Source: an uncultured Gaiellaceae bacterium | GTDB lineage: Bacteria; Actinomycetota; Thermoleophilia; Gaiellales; Gaiellaceae | DNA length: 64,000 nucleotides | Reading direction: 5' to 3' | NCBI GenBank assembly: GCA_963808915.1 | Contig: CAWEHJ010000002.1 | Span: forward strand, 174,815-238,814 | Shown here: positions 9,007 through 17,516 of the stretch, one piece after another | Numbering within the stretch: position 1 is the first letter of the stretch | Layout of the letters: every line of letters begins with the position of its first letter | The notes under the pieces: model-generated | What the model was told of the DNA's origin: nothing | The model's input: the letters and a program-made list of their open reading frames with translations, nothing else | Database searches by the model: none | Position numbers and translations under genes: made by a program

Positions 9007-11542
9007 TCAGCTTGAGGCTTTTGCCTCCTCCAGGGTTCGCCCCGCAGGCTCGTCTCCCTGCACGATCTCGGCCACGATCGCCTCGAGCTCGGCCTCGAGC
9101 GCCTCCGAGTCGTCGGACGTGGTGCCCTCCGCGTAGAGGTGCAGCAGCGGCTCGTCCTGGTCCGGCAGGACCTGCGCCCAGCCGCGCTCGTCGAACACCT
9201 TGATCCCGTCGAGGAGGTCGAGCTTGCGCCCCTGCAGACGCTCGTTGAGGACGCGCATGACGAGCCCCTTCTTCCCCCAAGGGCAGGCGAGCTGCCGGTG
9301 CACCCGCGTCGGGCGCGGCAGCTCCGCCACGAGCTCGGAGAGCGGACGGCGCTCGGGAGCGAGCAGCTCGAGCAGCTTGCAGAGCGTGGCGATCGCGTCG
9401 TAGGCGGGCGTGAACTCCGGGAAGACGTACCCGCCGCCGACCGCGCCGGCGAAGACGACGCCCTCCTGGGCCGCGGCACCGGTCAGCGCCGCGAGCGAAG
9501 CCTGCGTGCGCAGGACCTCGAGCGACGTCCCCTCGAGGACGGCCTCGACCTGGTGGGTGACGGTGACCGGAACCGCCACGGTGCCGCTGGCGCCGCTCTC
9601 GCCGAGGAGCCGCACCAGCAGCAGGAGTGTCTGCTCGACCCCGACCTCCTGTCCGGTCTCGTCGACGAGGACGATGCGCTCCGCCGAGCGGTCGAAGACC
9701 GCGCCGAGATCGGCTCCGACCGCCGTCACGATCCGCTTCGTGTTCCCGACCGCCTGCGAAAGGCTCCGCGACGTCTCGCGCTGGTCGGTGAAGAAGCCGT
9801 GCGTCGTGACGGTCTCGATCCCGAGCGGCCCTGCCACGAGCGGCAGCACGAACGAGGCCGCCGAGTAGCCGAGGTCGACGACGATCCGTGAAGCCCCGCT
9901 GCCGGATCGCCTCTTGATCCAGCCGGTCGAGGACGTCCTGCGCGTAGCTCTCCCGTACCCGGGCCGGGTACGACGTCTTGCCGATCTCGTCGAAGCCGAC
10001 CCGCCGCAGCTCCTGCCGGGTGAAGTGCTTCTCGATCTCCTTCTCGAGCCGCGCGGTCAGCTGGACTCCGGGCGGCTCGAAGATCCGGATCTGGACGACC
10101 TCGGGGTCGGTCCCGCTGGCGCCGACGTGGATCGCGGCGGCAAAGCCCTGCGTCTTCAGCACGTGCCGGCCGATCGCCGGCGGCGAGACGCGCAGGTCGG
10201 CGACGTCGACGCCCGTCGAGTTGAGGCCGGAGATCATCGCGCGCTTCAGCATCCGGCACGCGCCGGGTGAGTCGCGTCTCGCGACGACGCGCGCGCCACG
10301 CTTCAGCGCCGTTCCGAGCGCGGCGGCGAGCCGCACTGCCGTCTCGGGCGTCAGGTCGACGTTGACGAGCCCCGAGACGCCGTCGCGGTCGAAGAGCCTG
10401 GACGTGGCCCTCGACTCCCAGATCAGGCTCTCGTGGATCTGCGTCCCGGTCTCGACCTCCTTGTACGGGTAGATCCGCACTCCGGGCATCACGCTCGCCT
10501 CGGCGCCGATCGTGACCTCGTCGCCGATCGCCGCGTCCTCGTGGATCCGGACGTGGTCGCGGATGTCGCACGAGCGGCCGACGATCGCCCCCTCGATCAG
10601 CGTCGAGCGGCCGATGTGCGTCGAGGCGTCGACGACCGAGCGCACGACGCGCGCGCGCTCGCGCAGGGTGACGCTGTTCGCCAGCACGGTGTACGCGCCG
10701 ACCGAGGCGTTGCGGGCGATCCGGCAGTAGTTGCCGACGAACGCGGGGCCCTCGACCTCCTCGACGTCGTCGATGTCGACGCCTTCGCCGACCCAGACGT
10801 TGCCGCGCAGCAGGATGCCCGGGATGTTCAGGCGCACGCGCTCCTCGAGCGCGTCGAAGTTCGCCTGCCGGAACTGGTCGATCGTGCCGATGTCCTGCCA
10901 GTAGCCGTCGAGCACGTGGCCGTAGAGCGGCCGGCCCATCTCGAGCAGGAGCGGGAAGAGCTCCTTCGAGAAGTCGTACGGCCGGTCGGTGGGCACGTGC
11001 CGCAGCACCTCGGGCTCGAGCACGTAGATCCCGGTGTTGATCGTGTCGGAGAAGACCTGGCCCCACGACGGCTTCTCCAGGAACCGCTCGATCCGCCCGT
11101 CGTCGTCGGTGACGACGATCCCGAACTCGAGCGGGTTCGGCACGGGCTTGAGCCCGATCGTCACGTCTGCGCCCTTCTCCTTGTGGGCGGCGACGAGCGC
11201 GGTCAGGTCGACGTCGCAGAGGGCGTCGCCGGAGATGACGAGAAAGGTGTCGTCGAGCGCGTCGCTCGCGAGGCGGACCGAGCCGGCAGTGCCGAGCGGC
11301 TGCTCCTCGACCGAGTACTCGATCTCGAGGCCCATCGCCTCGCCGGTGCCGAAGTAGCTGCGGATCGCCTGCGGCATGAACGCGAGCGTGACGACGACTT
11401 CCTCCATCCCGTGCAGCTTCAGCAACTCGAGGATGTGCTCCATGCAGGGCTTGCCGACGATCGGCACCATCGGCTTCGGCTGATTCGACGTCAGCGGCCG
11501 GAGCCGGGTCCCCTCGCCACCGGCCATCACGACCGCCTTCAC
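9007..11542 (-). pseudogene. Fused mannose-1-phosphate guanylyltransferase / phosphomannomutase-like protein; single-base frameshift at about 9889
   Basis: The N-terminus MKAVVMAGGEGTRLRPLT plus a left-handed beta-helix, followed by a PGM/PMM-like domain. ORFs 8684..11542 and 9007..9849 join as GF-RIVVDLGYSAA if one base is removed. Confidence 0.85.
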
Positions 11543-12087
11543 GTCCCCACCTCCCGGCGCGCCTTGAGCACGTACTGCGCGGCGGCGACGAGCGCCAGTG
11601 CGACGCCGATCCAGAAGAGCCAGACCGGCCAGTCGACCCCGTTGTCCGTCACGATCACGAAGCCGATCGACGCGTAGAGCACCCAGGTGGCGAGCTTCCC
11701 GAGCGGGCTGACCTCGAAGTCGTAGCCGCGCGGCACGACCAGCCTGTACCCGATCACCAGCACTGCGTCACGCACGAGGATCACCGCGGTCGCGTACCAG
11801 GGCAGCCGCCCGTCGACGAGCAGCATGATCGCCGCCGCGTCGATCATCAGCCGGTCGGCCAGTGGGTCGGCGACCTTGCCGAACGGCGACTCGACGCGCC
11901 AGCGCCGCGCGAGGAAGCCGTCGACCTGGTCGGTGACGCCTGCCACGCCGAAGACGATGCCGGCCGGCCAGTTCGCGGGGTCGTCGGCCAGCATCAGGCC
12001 GACGAAGAGTGGGATCAGCGCCAGCCGGAGGATCGTCAGCGCATTCGGAAGGACGCGGAGCGGCGCCGGCACGGCTCGGGTCGACAT
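11539..12087 (-). CDS. pgsA: CDP-alcohol phosphatidyltransferase
   Basis: 182 aa with the D-G-x2-A-R-x8-G-x3-D-x3-D signature (DQVDGFLARRWRVESPFGKVADPLADR). Its stop overlaps the downstream start (GTGA). Confidence 0.85.
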   Translation of the reverse strand: MSTRAVPAPLRVLPNALTILRLALIPLFVGLMLADDPANWPAGIVFGVAGVTDQVDGFLARRWRVESPFGKVADPLADRLMIDAAAIMLLVDGRLPWYATAVILVRDAVLVIGYRLVVPRGYDFEVSPLGKLATWVLYASIGFVIVTDNGVDWPVWLFWIGVALALVAAAQYVLKARREVGT

Positions 12088-12117
12088 GGAAGGAGGATAG
12101 TCCTCCCGCGACCCGCC

Positions 12118-12849
12118 TCAGTTCGCTGGCCGGTCGCCCTCCTGCGGGCTCGGGAAGCGGACGACAAATTCCCGGTCCGAGCGCGCGATCGACCGCACCG
12201 CAATGACGACGAATGCGAACAGGGCGAGGACGAAGGTCGCCGCGGACGGCAGCAGCGCGAGCTCGATCCCCGCGCCGAGGCCGACGGATGCGATCCCGGC
12301 GGTCGCGCCCGCGACCACCGAGGCGAGCACCGCGATCACCCCGGGGAGCGCGATGAACCCCTGAAGCGGCGGCACAATCGCTCGGACGGCCAGGCTCGAA
12401 AGCAGCACGCCACGACGGTCGTCGTGCCTGCTCGTGACAAAGTACGGCTCGAGCTCGGGGGCGAGCTCCAGGTAGGCGTGGCGGATCCGGTTCATCCCTT
12501 GGACCCAGACCGCATCCTCGCGGTTGATCTGACCCAGCCGGAGGATCGTGACCACTCCGAGGAAGAAGACGACCGGCAGCAGCACGAGCGCGAAGGCGAC
12601 GAACCCGTCGCCGAAGTCGGTCGCCTGGGCGACGAGCGCGAGAGCGACGACCGATCCGGTGAGGGCCGCCACGAAGATCGACGCACGGCTCATCGCCTCC
12701 GTGTAGCAGAGGCTGCGCGAAGCGAGCAGGCTCCAGTGCTCCGTCGAGAGGATCTGGAGCGCGTGCGGGCTGCTCGAGAGCCCGCCGCCGGTCGGGCCCG
12801 CGCCCTGATGGGTCGCTGCGCTGCGCGTAGCCTGGTCGGGATCGAGCAT
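12118..12849 (-). CDS. Hypothetical polytopic membrane protein
   Basis: Internal ATG (aa 104) of ORF 12118..13158. Several hydrophobic helices and good codon bias. Confidence 0.6.
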   Translation of the reverse strand: MLDPDQATRSAATHQGAGPTGGGLSSSPHALQILSTEHWSLLASRSLCYTEAMSRASIFVAALTGSVVALALVAQATDFGDGFVAFALVLLPVVFFLGVVTILRLGQINREDAVWVQGMNRIRHAYLELAPELEPYFVTSRHDDRRGVLLSSLAVRAIVPPLQGFIALPGVIAVLASVVAGATAGIASVGLGAGIELALLPSAATFVLALFAFVVIAVRSIARSDREFVVRFPSPQEGDRPAN

Positions 12850-12879
12850 CGCGGGTAGGCGCGAGTCTACGCTGCCCAC

Positions 12880-13895
12880 ATGGGCGACACGCTCGAGCTC
12901 CCGGGCTTCGTCGACGCGCACTCGCACACGTTCCAGCGGGCGCTGCGCGGGCGCGCCGCCGGCGGTGACTTCTGGGCCTGGCGCGACGGGATGCTGCGCG
13001 AGGCGGAGGCGCAGACGCCCGGCACCGTGCGCTCGAGCTACGCGGCCGGCTACCGGGAGCTCCGCGCCGCGGGGTACACCGCGGTCGGCGAGTTCCACTA
13101 TCTGGGGCTCGAGGAGGCACGGGCCGCCGCGGCCGCTGCGGAGGAGGCGGGCTGTCACGCTCGTGCTGCTCCTCGCCGCCTACGCCCGCGGCGGCCTGGC
13201 GCGCATGCGGCAGGAGTCGGTCGCCGACTACCTCCGCCAGCTCGAGTCGCTCCGCGACGACGGCATCCGCGTCGGCGTCGCCCCCCACTCCGTCCGCGCC
13301 TGCCCTCGCGACTGGCTCGAGGAGCTCGGCCGGTACGCCGCGGAGAACGCTCTCCCGCTGCACGTCCACGCCGACGAGCAGCCGCGCGAGATCGAGGAGT
13401 GCCTTGCCGAGCACGGCCTCAGGCCGATCGAGCTGCTCGCGGCGACCGGATGCCTCGACCGAGCGGACGACCGTGGTCCATGCCACCCACGCCGACGGCC
13501 ACGAGCTCGATCTCCTGCAGCAGGCCGGCGCGACGGTCTGCGCCTGCCCGACGACCGAGGCCGATCTCGCCGACGGGTTCCTGCCGGCCGCCCGGATCGA
13601 GCACCGGGGAATCCCGCTCTGCATCGGCTCCGACTCGAACGTCCGGATCGACCCGCTCGAGGAGCTGCGGGAGCTCGAGGGCATCGCGCGGCGGCAGACC
13701 GGGAAACGGGGGGTCTTCGGCACCGAGCGGTTGCTCTGCTATGGCGCCGACGAGGGTGCTCGCGCGCTCGGCCTGGAGTCGTGGCCCGGGATCGAGATCG
13801 ACCTCGGGCACCGCTCGCTCGCGGGCGTGGACGATGGCGACGTGCTCGACGCGCTCGTGGCCGGCTGCGGCGCCGACGTCGTCAGGCCTGGATGA
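12880..13895 (+). pseudogene. Amidohydrolase-superfamily protein (formimidoylglutamate-deiminase / guanine-deaminase-like); frameshifts at about 13153 and 13459
   Basis: LPGFVDAHSHTFQRALRG (HxH motif), HVHADEQPREIEEC and VVHATHADGHELDLL lie in three successive frames (ORFs 12880.., 12965.., 13404..13895). Confidence 0.7.
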
Positions 13896-14895
13896 TCGTG
13901 CCGCCGACGCCGCCGCGGAAACGGGCCGACCAGTAGCCGGTCCGGTCGAGGTAGGCGGTGCGCGCCGCCCTGCCGGTCCTTCCCCACGCCCCGTCGTAGC
14001 TCCGGTACCGCTCGCCCGCTGCGCGGGCAGGCTCGATCTGCGTCCCCTCGTGCCATTCGTTGTAGCTCGTGATCGTGACGACGTCGGCGTTCGCACGGAC
14101 GGCGCCGTTCCACATCGCGTCGTATCGCCGTCCGTCGCGCCGCGGCCGGATGCGTATGTCCGGGGTCGCGTGCCGTGCGTCGTAGCCCGGCCCGACCGAC
14201 GGCGCGCAGACGAGGTCCAGTCGCCGCGCCTGCCTGCACATGCGCGGGAAGAGGTCGGCGTCGTAGAGGAGCACGTCGTAGGTGTAGAGGCCTGCGAAGC
14301 CGCCTGCGCTCGCCTTCCCCGCCAGGGGCGTGTTCGCGAAGAGCCGCATCCCGGGCGTCGACGCGTTGACGGCGAGCCAGTCCGAGTCCGCGATCGCAGT
14401 CGAGTCGTAGACGTAGACGTCTCTGACGCCGAACCCGCCCAGGTAGGCGAGGTCGGCGGTGACCGTTGCGGCGGACCGACCCCGGTACGGCTCGAGGTGC
14501 GCGGCGACCCGCAGCTTCTCTCGGCGGGCGGCGGCCTGGACGAGCGTCAGCCGCCGGTCCTCGGCCGACCCGCGGCCCCACCACGAGACGATGATCGTGT
14601 CGACTCCGGCCTCCGCGATCTCGTGCATCTGGGCCGAGACGACGCCCGCGTCGTCCGACGAGTACGGCCCGCGGACGGGATAGAAGCTCGAGCCGAGGTC
14701 GACGGGAGGTTGCGCGCCCTCCTGGTCCCAGTGTTGCCACTGCCCGTCGCGGCCGGGAGTCCCGTACCAGGCGTAGTAGAAGATCGCCACCGATCGGCCG
14801 TGGCCCGGGTCGCAGGGAACGTCGAATGCCGCCCACGCGAGCGTCGGGAGGAGCAGCGCCGCCGCTGCTCCGAGCAATGCGAGACCCAGCCTCAC
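13882..14895 (-). CDS. Secreted GH99-like glycoside hydrolase (endo-alpha-mannosidase-like)
   Basis: Signal peptide MRLGLALLGAAAALLLPTLAWA. FYYAWYG...WQHW...FYPVRGPYSSDD...SWWG...SYNEWHEGTQIEP matches the GH99 pattern as I recall it. Confidence 0.6.
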   Translation of the reverse strand: MRLGLALLGAAAALLLPTLAWAAFDVPCDPGHGRSVAIFYYAWYGTPGRDGQWQHWDQEGAQPPVDLGSSFYPVRGPYSSDDAGVVSAQMHEIAEAGVDTIIVSWWGRGSAEDRRLTLVQAAARREKLRVAAHLEPYRGRSAATVTADLAYLGGFGVRDVYVYDSTAIADSDWLAVNASTPGMRLFANTPLAGKASAGGFAGLYTYDVLLYDADLFPRMCRQARRLDLVCAPSVGPGYDARHATPDIRIRPRRDGRRYDAMWNGAVRANADVVTITSYNEWHEGTQIEPARAAGERYRSYDGAWGRTGRAARTAYLDRTGYWSARFRGGVGGTIIQA

Positions 14896-14997
14896 CCGCG
14901 GGCGAACTTACTCCATCGGGCGGCTGGAGCGCAAGGCTTCGGCAGGCTTGCTCAGATTGCCCTTGACCCTGCCGCCGGCGAGGTCGACCATGCCGAC

Positions 14998-15231
14998 ATG
15001 ACGCGAACGTCACATGGCCTCGGATTCGTGCTCTTCGTCCTGCTCGTTGTAGCGGCGGGCATCGGCCTGTGGTGGCACTCGGCGAATCAGGCGGACCGCG
15101 ACCGTTTCCAGCAGCGGCTCAGCGGCGCGCCGGTGCTGGGCTACTTCGTGCCGGCCCCAGGCCCGACGCTCGCCCCGCTCACGCCTCGCCAGGGCGACGA
15201 GGACTCGGGGATCCAGTTCCCGCTCAAGTGA
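14998..15231 (+). CDS. Small single-TM hypothetical protein
   Basis: An ATG in the tail of ORF 12880..15231 gives 77 aa with the TM helix GLGFVLFVLLVVAAGIGLWW. Confidence 0.35.
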   Translation: MTRTSHGLGFVLFVLLVVAAGIGLWWHSANQADRDRFQQRLSGAPVLGYFVPAPGPTLAPLTPRQGDEDSGIQFPLK

Positions 15232-15250
15232 GCGTTGCCTCGATGCCTGC

Positions 15251-15281
15251 AAAAACGAAAACCCCGCCTAAGCAGGGTTTT
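15251..15281 (-). terminator. Rho-independent terminator downstream of the tRNA-Pro 3' fragment (possibly bidirectional)
   Basis: On the minus strand: AAAACCC-tGC-ttag-GC-gGGGTTTT followed by CGTTTTT. Confidence 0.55.
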
Positions 15282-15287
15282 CGAGAG

Positions 15288-15329
15288 TCGGGGCGCCGAG
15301 ATTCGTACTCGGGACCTCTTGTCCCCCAG
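15288..15329 (-). repeat. Displaced 3' half of tRNA-Pro (anticodon loop to acceptor end); putative att site
   Basis: The 42 nt tcggggcgccgagattcgtactcgggacctcttgtcccccag match 16988..17030 with 2 mismatches and 1 indel. There is no matching 5' half. The T-loop is degenerate (TACGAAT). Confidence 0.65.
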
Positions 15330-15690
15330 CGTACCCCGCGGGTGACGACGCTCTACGACTAGCGGCTACCAACGGACGCAGCCATGCGGGATTGCGGGCG
15401 TCCACCCATGGGTGACTGGCTTGCCAGCGCGGGACTGTTTCCCGGACGTTTGGCCCGTGAGTGGCCCACGTTATTGAATGCCGCGATGTGTCCGCCATCC
15501 TGCTACGGCCAGTCGGCGGCGTTAGTCCGGACGTAAGCCCCCACCAGGGCTCCCGGAACCTGAGAGGGGTCGTCGCCGTCCGGCACAGACGTCGGCCACA
15601 ACGCCGCGGCCAGCTCGCGGATCTCTTCGAGCGTGTAGCGGTCGAGCCACCACCGCCGCACAGCCGACGGGTTCCCGTAGCGTTGATTGC

Positions 15691-15888
15691 CTAGACGCTC
15701 AAGTCGTTTCCGCCGAAATTCTCTAGGTCGCGCTGCCCCTGCTCGGCGGCTGCGCGTCCCTCCCGCGAGTGAGAGTAGGCGGTGCGGGCCGCGGCGGACT
15801 CCAACTTGCGCTGATCCCTCTTGCGCCGACGCTCCTTGATGCGGTCAAGCAACTTCATGCGATGAGAATACGCCTCTTTGCCCCTCAC
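15691..15888 (-). CDS. Hypothetical small basic protein inside the island
   Basis: 65-aa ORF (MKLLDRIKERRRKRDQRKLE...). No family recognised. Confidence 0.25.
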   Translation of the reverse strand: MRGKEAYSHRMKLLDRIKERRRKRDQRKLESAAARTAYSHSREGRAAAEQGQRDLENFGGNDLSV

Positions 15889-16091
15889 CTAAATCGCGGT
15901 CATGAGCAGGTCTGAGCAGTGAACTGCGTTAGCGAGCACACCGAGCCGACCGCATACGCCCGCCACATCACATGTAGGTCTCGAATCCCGCTGCGAGCTC
16001 GCGGATCTCGTCGACCGTGAACCGCGCGAGCCACCCGCGCCGCATCCGCTCGACCTCGACCAGGTCGACGACCGCCGCGGATCAGCGATCG

Positions 16092-16466
16092 CTAGTCCCT
16101 ACTGGAAAGTGCCCATGGCAGCGCGAGGCCGTCATGGTCGCCGCGAGGCAGCACATGCACGTGCAGATGGAAGACCTCCTGCCCCGCATGGCGCCCGGCG
16201 TTCGTGATCAGGTTCACGTCCGTGTAGCCGCGATCAGCAGCCCACCTGGCGGCAGCCCTGAACACTTCGCCGGTCAGCACCTCGTCCGTGAGCGCACTCT
16301 CGACATGTCGCTCCGGGACTACAAGCGCATGTCCCTCGGTGACAGGGTTGGTCGGCTCAAGCACCACCATCCCGTTGACACGCCCGAGAACCTCGTGCAA
16401 TCCCCCGTAGTTGCAGAGCACGCAGGCCGGTGCCTCTGCTCGTTCGTGTGCCTGCGGGTCACTCAC
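16092..16466 (-). CDS. HIT (histidine triad) family nucleotide hydrolase/transferase
   Basis: 124 aa with the histidine triad HLHVHVLPR and an upstream GHALVVPERH motif. Confidence 0.85.
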   Translation of the reverse strand: MSDPQAHERAEAPACVLCNYGGLHEVLGRVNGMVVLEPTNPVTEGHALVVPERHVESALTDEVLTGEVFRAAARWAADRGYTDVNLITNAGRHAGQEVFHLHVHVLPRGDHDGLALPWALSSRD

Positions 16467-16839
16467 GTCAGGGGTCGATCATGACGCATGACGCGATCAG
16501 TCACTTCCCCCGATCGCCGCGAGCCTCGCGAGGTCTTCGGCCTCGCTCCTGATAGCGGCGGAACCGTGGAGCGATATCGCGCCGACTGAGTCTCCATGGG
16601 GCCAACTTACCGACGTTTGCGTTTTGCCCCGAGGAAAGCGACCCGTTCCTGGGCGTGATCTGCGGGGCGGCTATGAACGTCGCCAACTCCGCGGCGGGCG
16701 ACGGGCTTGAAGCCGTCCGCGTGGTGGGCTCGGACAGCGTGGAGGCGGGGGGCTGCGCGTGACATGGGAGTTGTCTGCCTGGTCTGACCCGAAGACGCGC
16801 TGAAGTCGGACGGGCTCGGCTGTGTCCAGCGGCTGCCCA

Positions 16840-16941
16840 TCAGGAGCCCTCCAGCGCGAGCGCGGCGTTCCTGTCGAGCCAGCGGTTGAGCTCCTTCACC
16901 GACACGAGGACGAGACGGCCGCGGCGAGTCGGAGCTGACAC
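16840..16941 (-). pseudogene. Excisionase/AlpA-type HTH remnant (C-terminal 33 codons only)
   Basis: The GTG at 16941 gives VSAPTRRGRLVLVSVKELNRWLDRNAALALEGS, which resembles the C-terminal wing of Xis-type HTH proteins. Its stop overlaps the next ORF start (TGATG), as in xis-int pairs. Confidence 0.3.
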
Positions 16942-16944
16942 CGC

Positions 16945-16981
16945 CGAGAACGAAGGAAACCCCCGACTTTCCGGGGGTTTC
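16945..16981 (-). terminator. Stem-loop terminator immediately 3' of tRNA-Pro
   Basis: A 10-bp stem, GAAACCCCCG / CGGGGGTTTC, with a 6-nt loop. On the minus strand it is followed by CTTCGTTCT. Confidence 0.5.
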
Positions 16982-16987
16982 GATGCA

Positions 16988-17063
16988 TCGGGGCGCCGAG
17001 ATTCGAACTCGGGACCTCTCAGTCCCCCAGACTAGCGCGCTAACCAGGCTGCGCCACGCCCCG
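16988..17063 (-). tRNA. tRNA-Pro (anticodon GGG); CCA not encoded
   Basis: The minus strand reads CGGGGCG-TG-GCGC-AGCCTGGTTA-GCGC-G-CTAGT-CTGGGGG-ACTGAG-AGGTC-CCGAG-TTCGAAT-CTCGG-CGCCCCG-A. The cloverleaf fits except for one extra base in the 3' anticodon stem (about 17020). Confidence 0.85.
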
Positions 17064-17213
17064 CGACACGGGCAACCGTAGCAGCGACTGCGCTCGACGA
17101 TGCGTTGCGCTCAGACGGCAGTCTCGAACGGGAAGCCGTACCGCGAGCGGAGGCGCTCGAAGTCTCGCCGGTAGACCACGGTCACCGGTTGCCCGGGTCA
17201 ACACGCTAGCCCG

Positions 17214-17516
17214 TTACGCGCTGTTGAGCCGGCGGTAGAGCCGGTCGACGAGCTCGGGCATCGTCTCGAGCTTGCCGGTGATGGCGCGGACCCGGTACTC
17301 GCGGAAGTGCTCCGGCTCGACGCCGAGCGCGCCGGCGAGGCGCTCGACGACCTCGTTCGAGGGCACCGGCCTGTTGCCGTGCACGAGGTGGTTGAGGTAG
17401 CCGGCAGACAGGTCGGTCTTCGCCGCCAGTCCCCGGTAGGTCAGCCCGGTCTCGACCATCAGCCGCTCGATCGTCGGGCCGAAGGTCTCCTCGCTGAAGC
17501 GTCTCTTTCGAGCCAT
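17214..17516 (-). CDS. XRE-family helix-turn-helix transcriptional regulator
   Basis: The tail of ORF 17214..19070 reads MARKRRFSEETFGPTIERLMVETGLTYRGLAAKTDLSAGYLNHLVHGNRPVPS. Its ATG overlaps the proS stop (TGATG). Confidence 0.75.
   Translation of the reverse strand: MARKRRFSEETFGPTIERLMVETGLTYRGLAAKTDLSAGYLNHLVHGNRPVPSNEVVERLAGALGVEPEHFREYRVRAITGKLETMPELVDRLYRRLNSA

Larger units (their letters stand above)
15288..17030 (-). mobile_element. Degraded tRNA-Pro-integrated element (about 1.7 kb remnant with no intact integrase)
   Basis: Bounded by direct repeats of the tRNA-Pro 3' half. GC is visibly lower than in the flanks. A Xis-like C-terminal remnant sits next to the tRNA. Cargo is a HIT gene plus fragmentary ORFs. 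Confidence 0.45.

Noticed and set aside
16501-16840. ORFs 16607..16840 and 16501..16686, considered as integrase N-terminal/core-binding remnants next to the Xis-like fragment.
   Set aside because: Only position (overlap with the Xis-like stop) and a weak GKLAPWRLSRRDIA resemblance to integrase core-binding segments support this. No catalytic R-H-R-Y region is readable in any frame. I therefore do not call an integrase pseudogene.
17110-17205. A 32-codon minus-strand ORF (VTVVYRRDFERLRSRYGFPFETAV) between the XRE gene and tRNA-Pro, considered as a toxin-antitoxin remnant.
   Set aside because: It is too short, has no recognisable family motif and has no partner gene.
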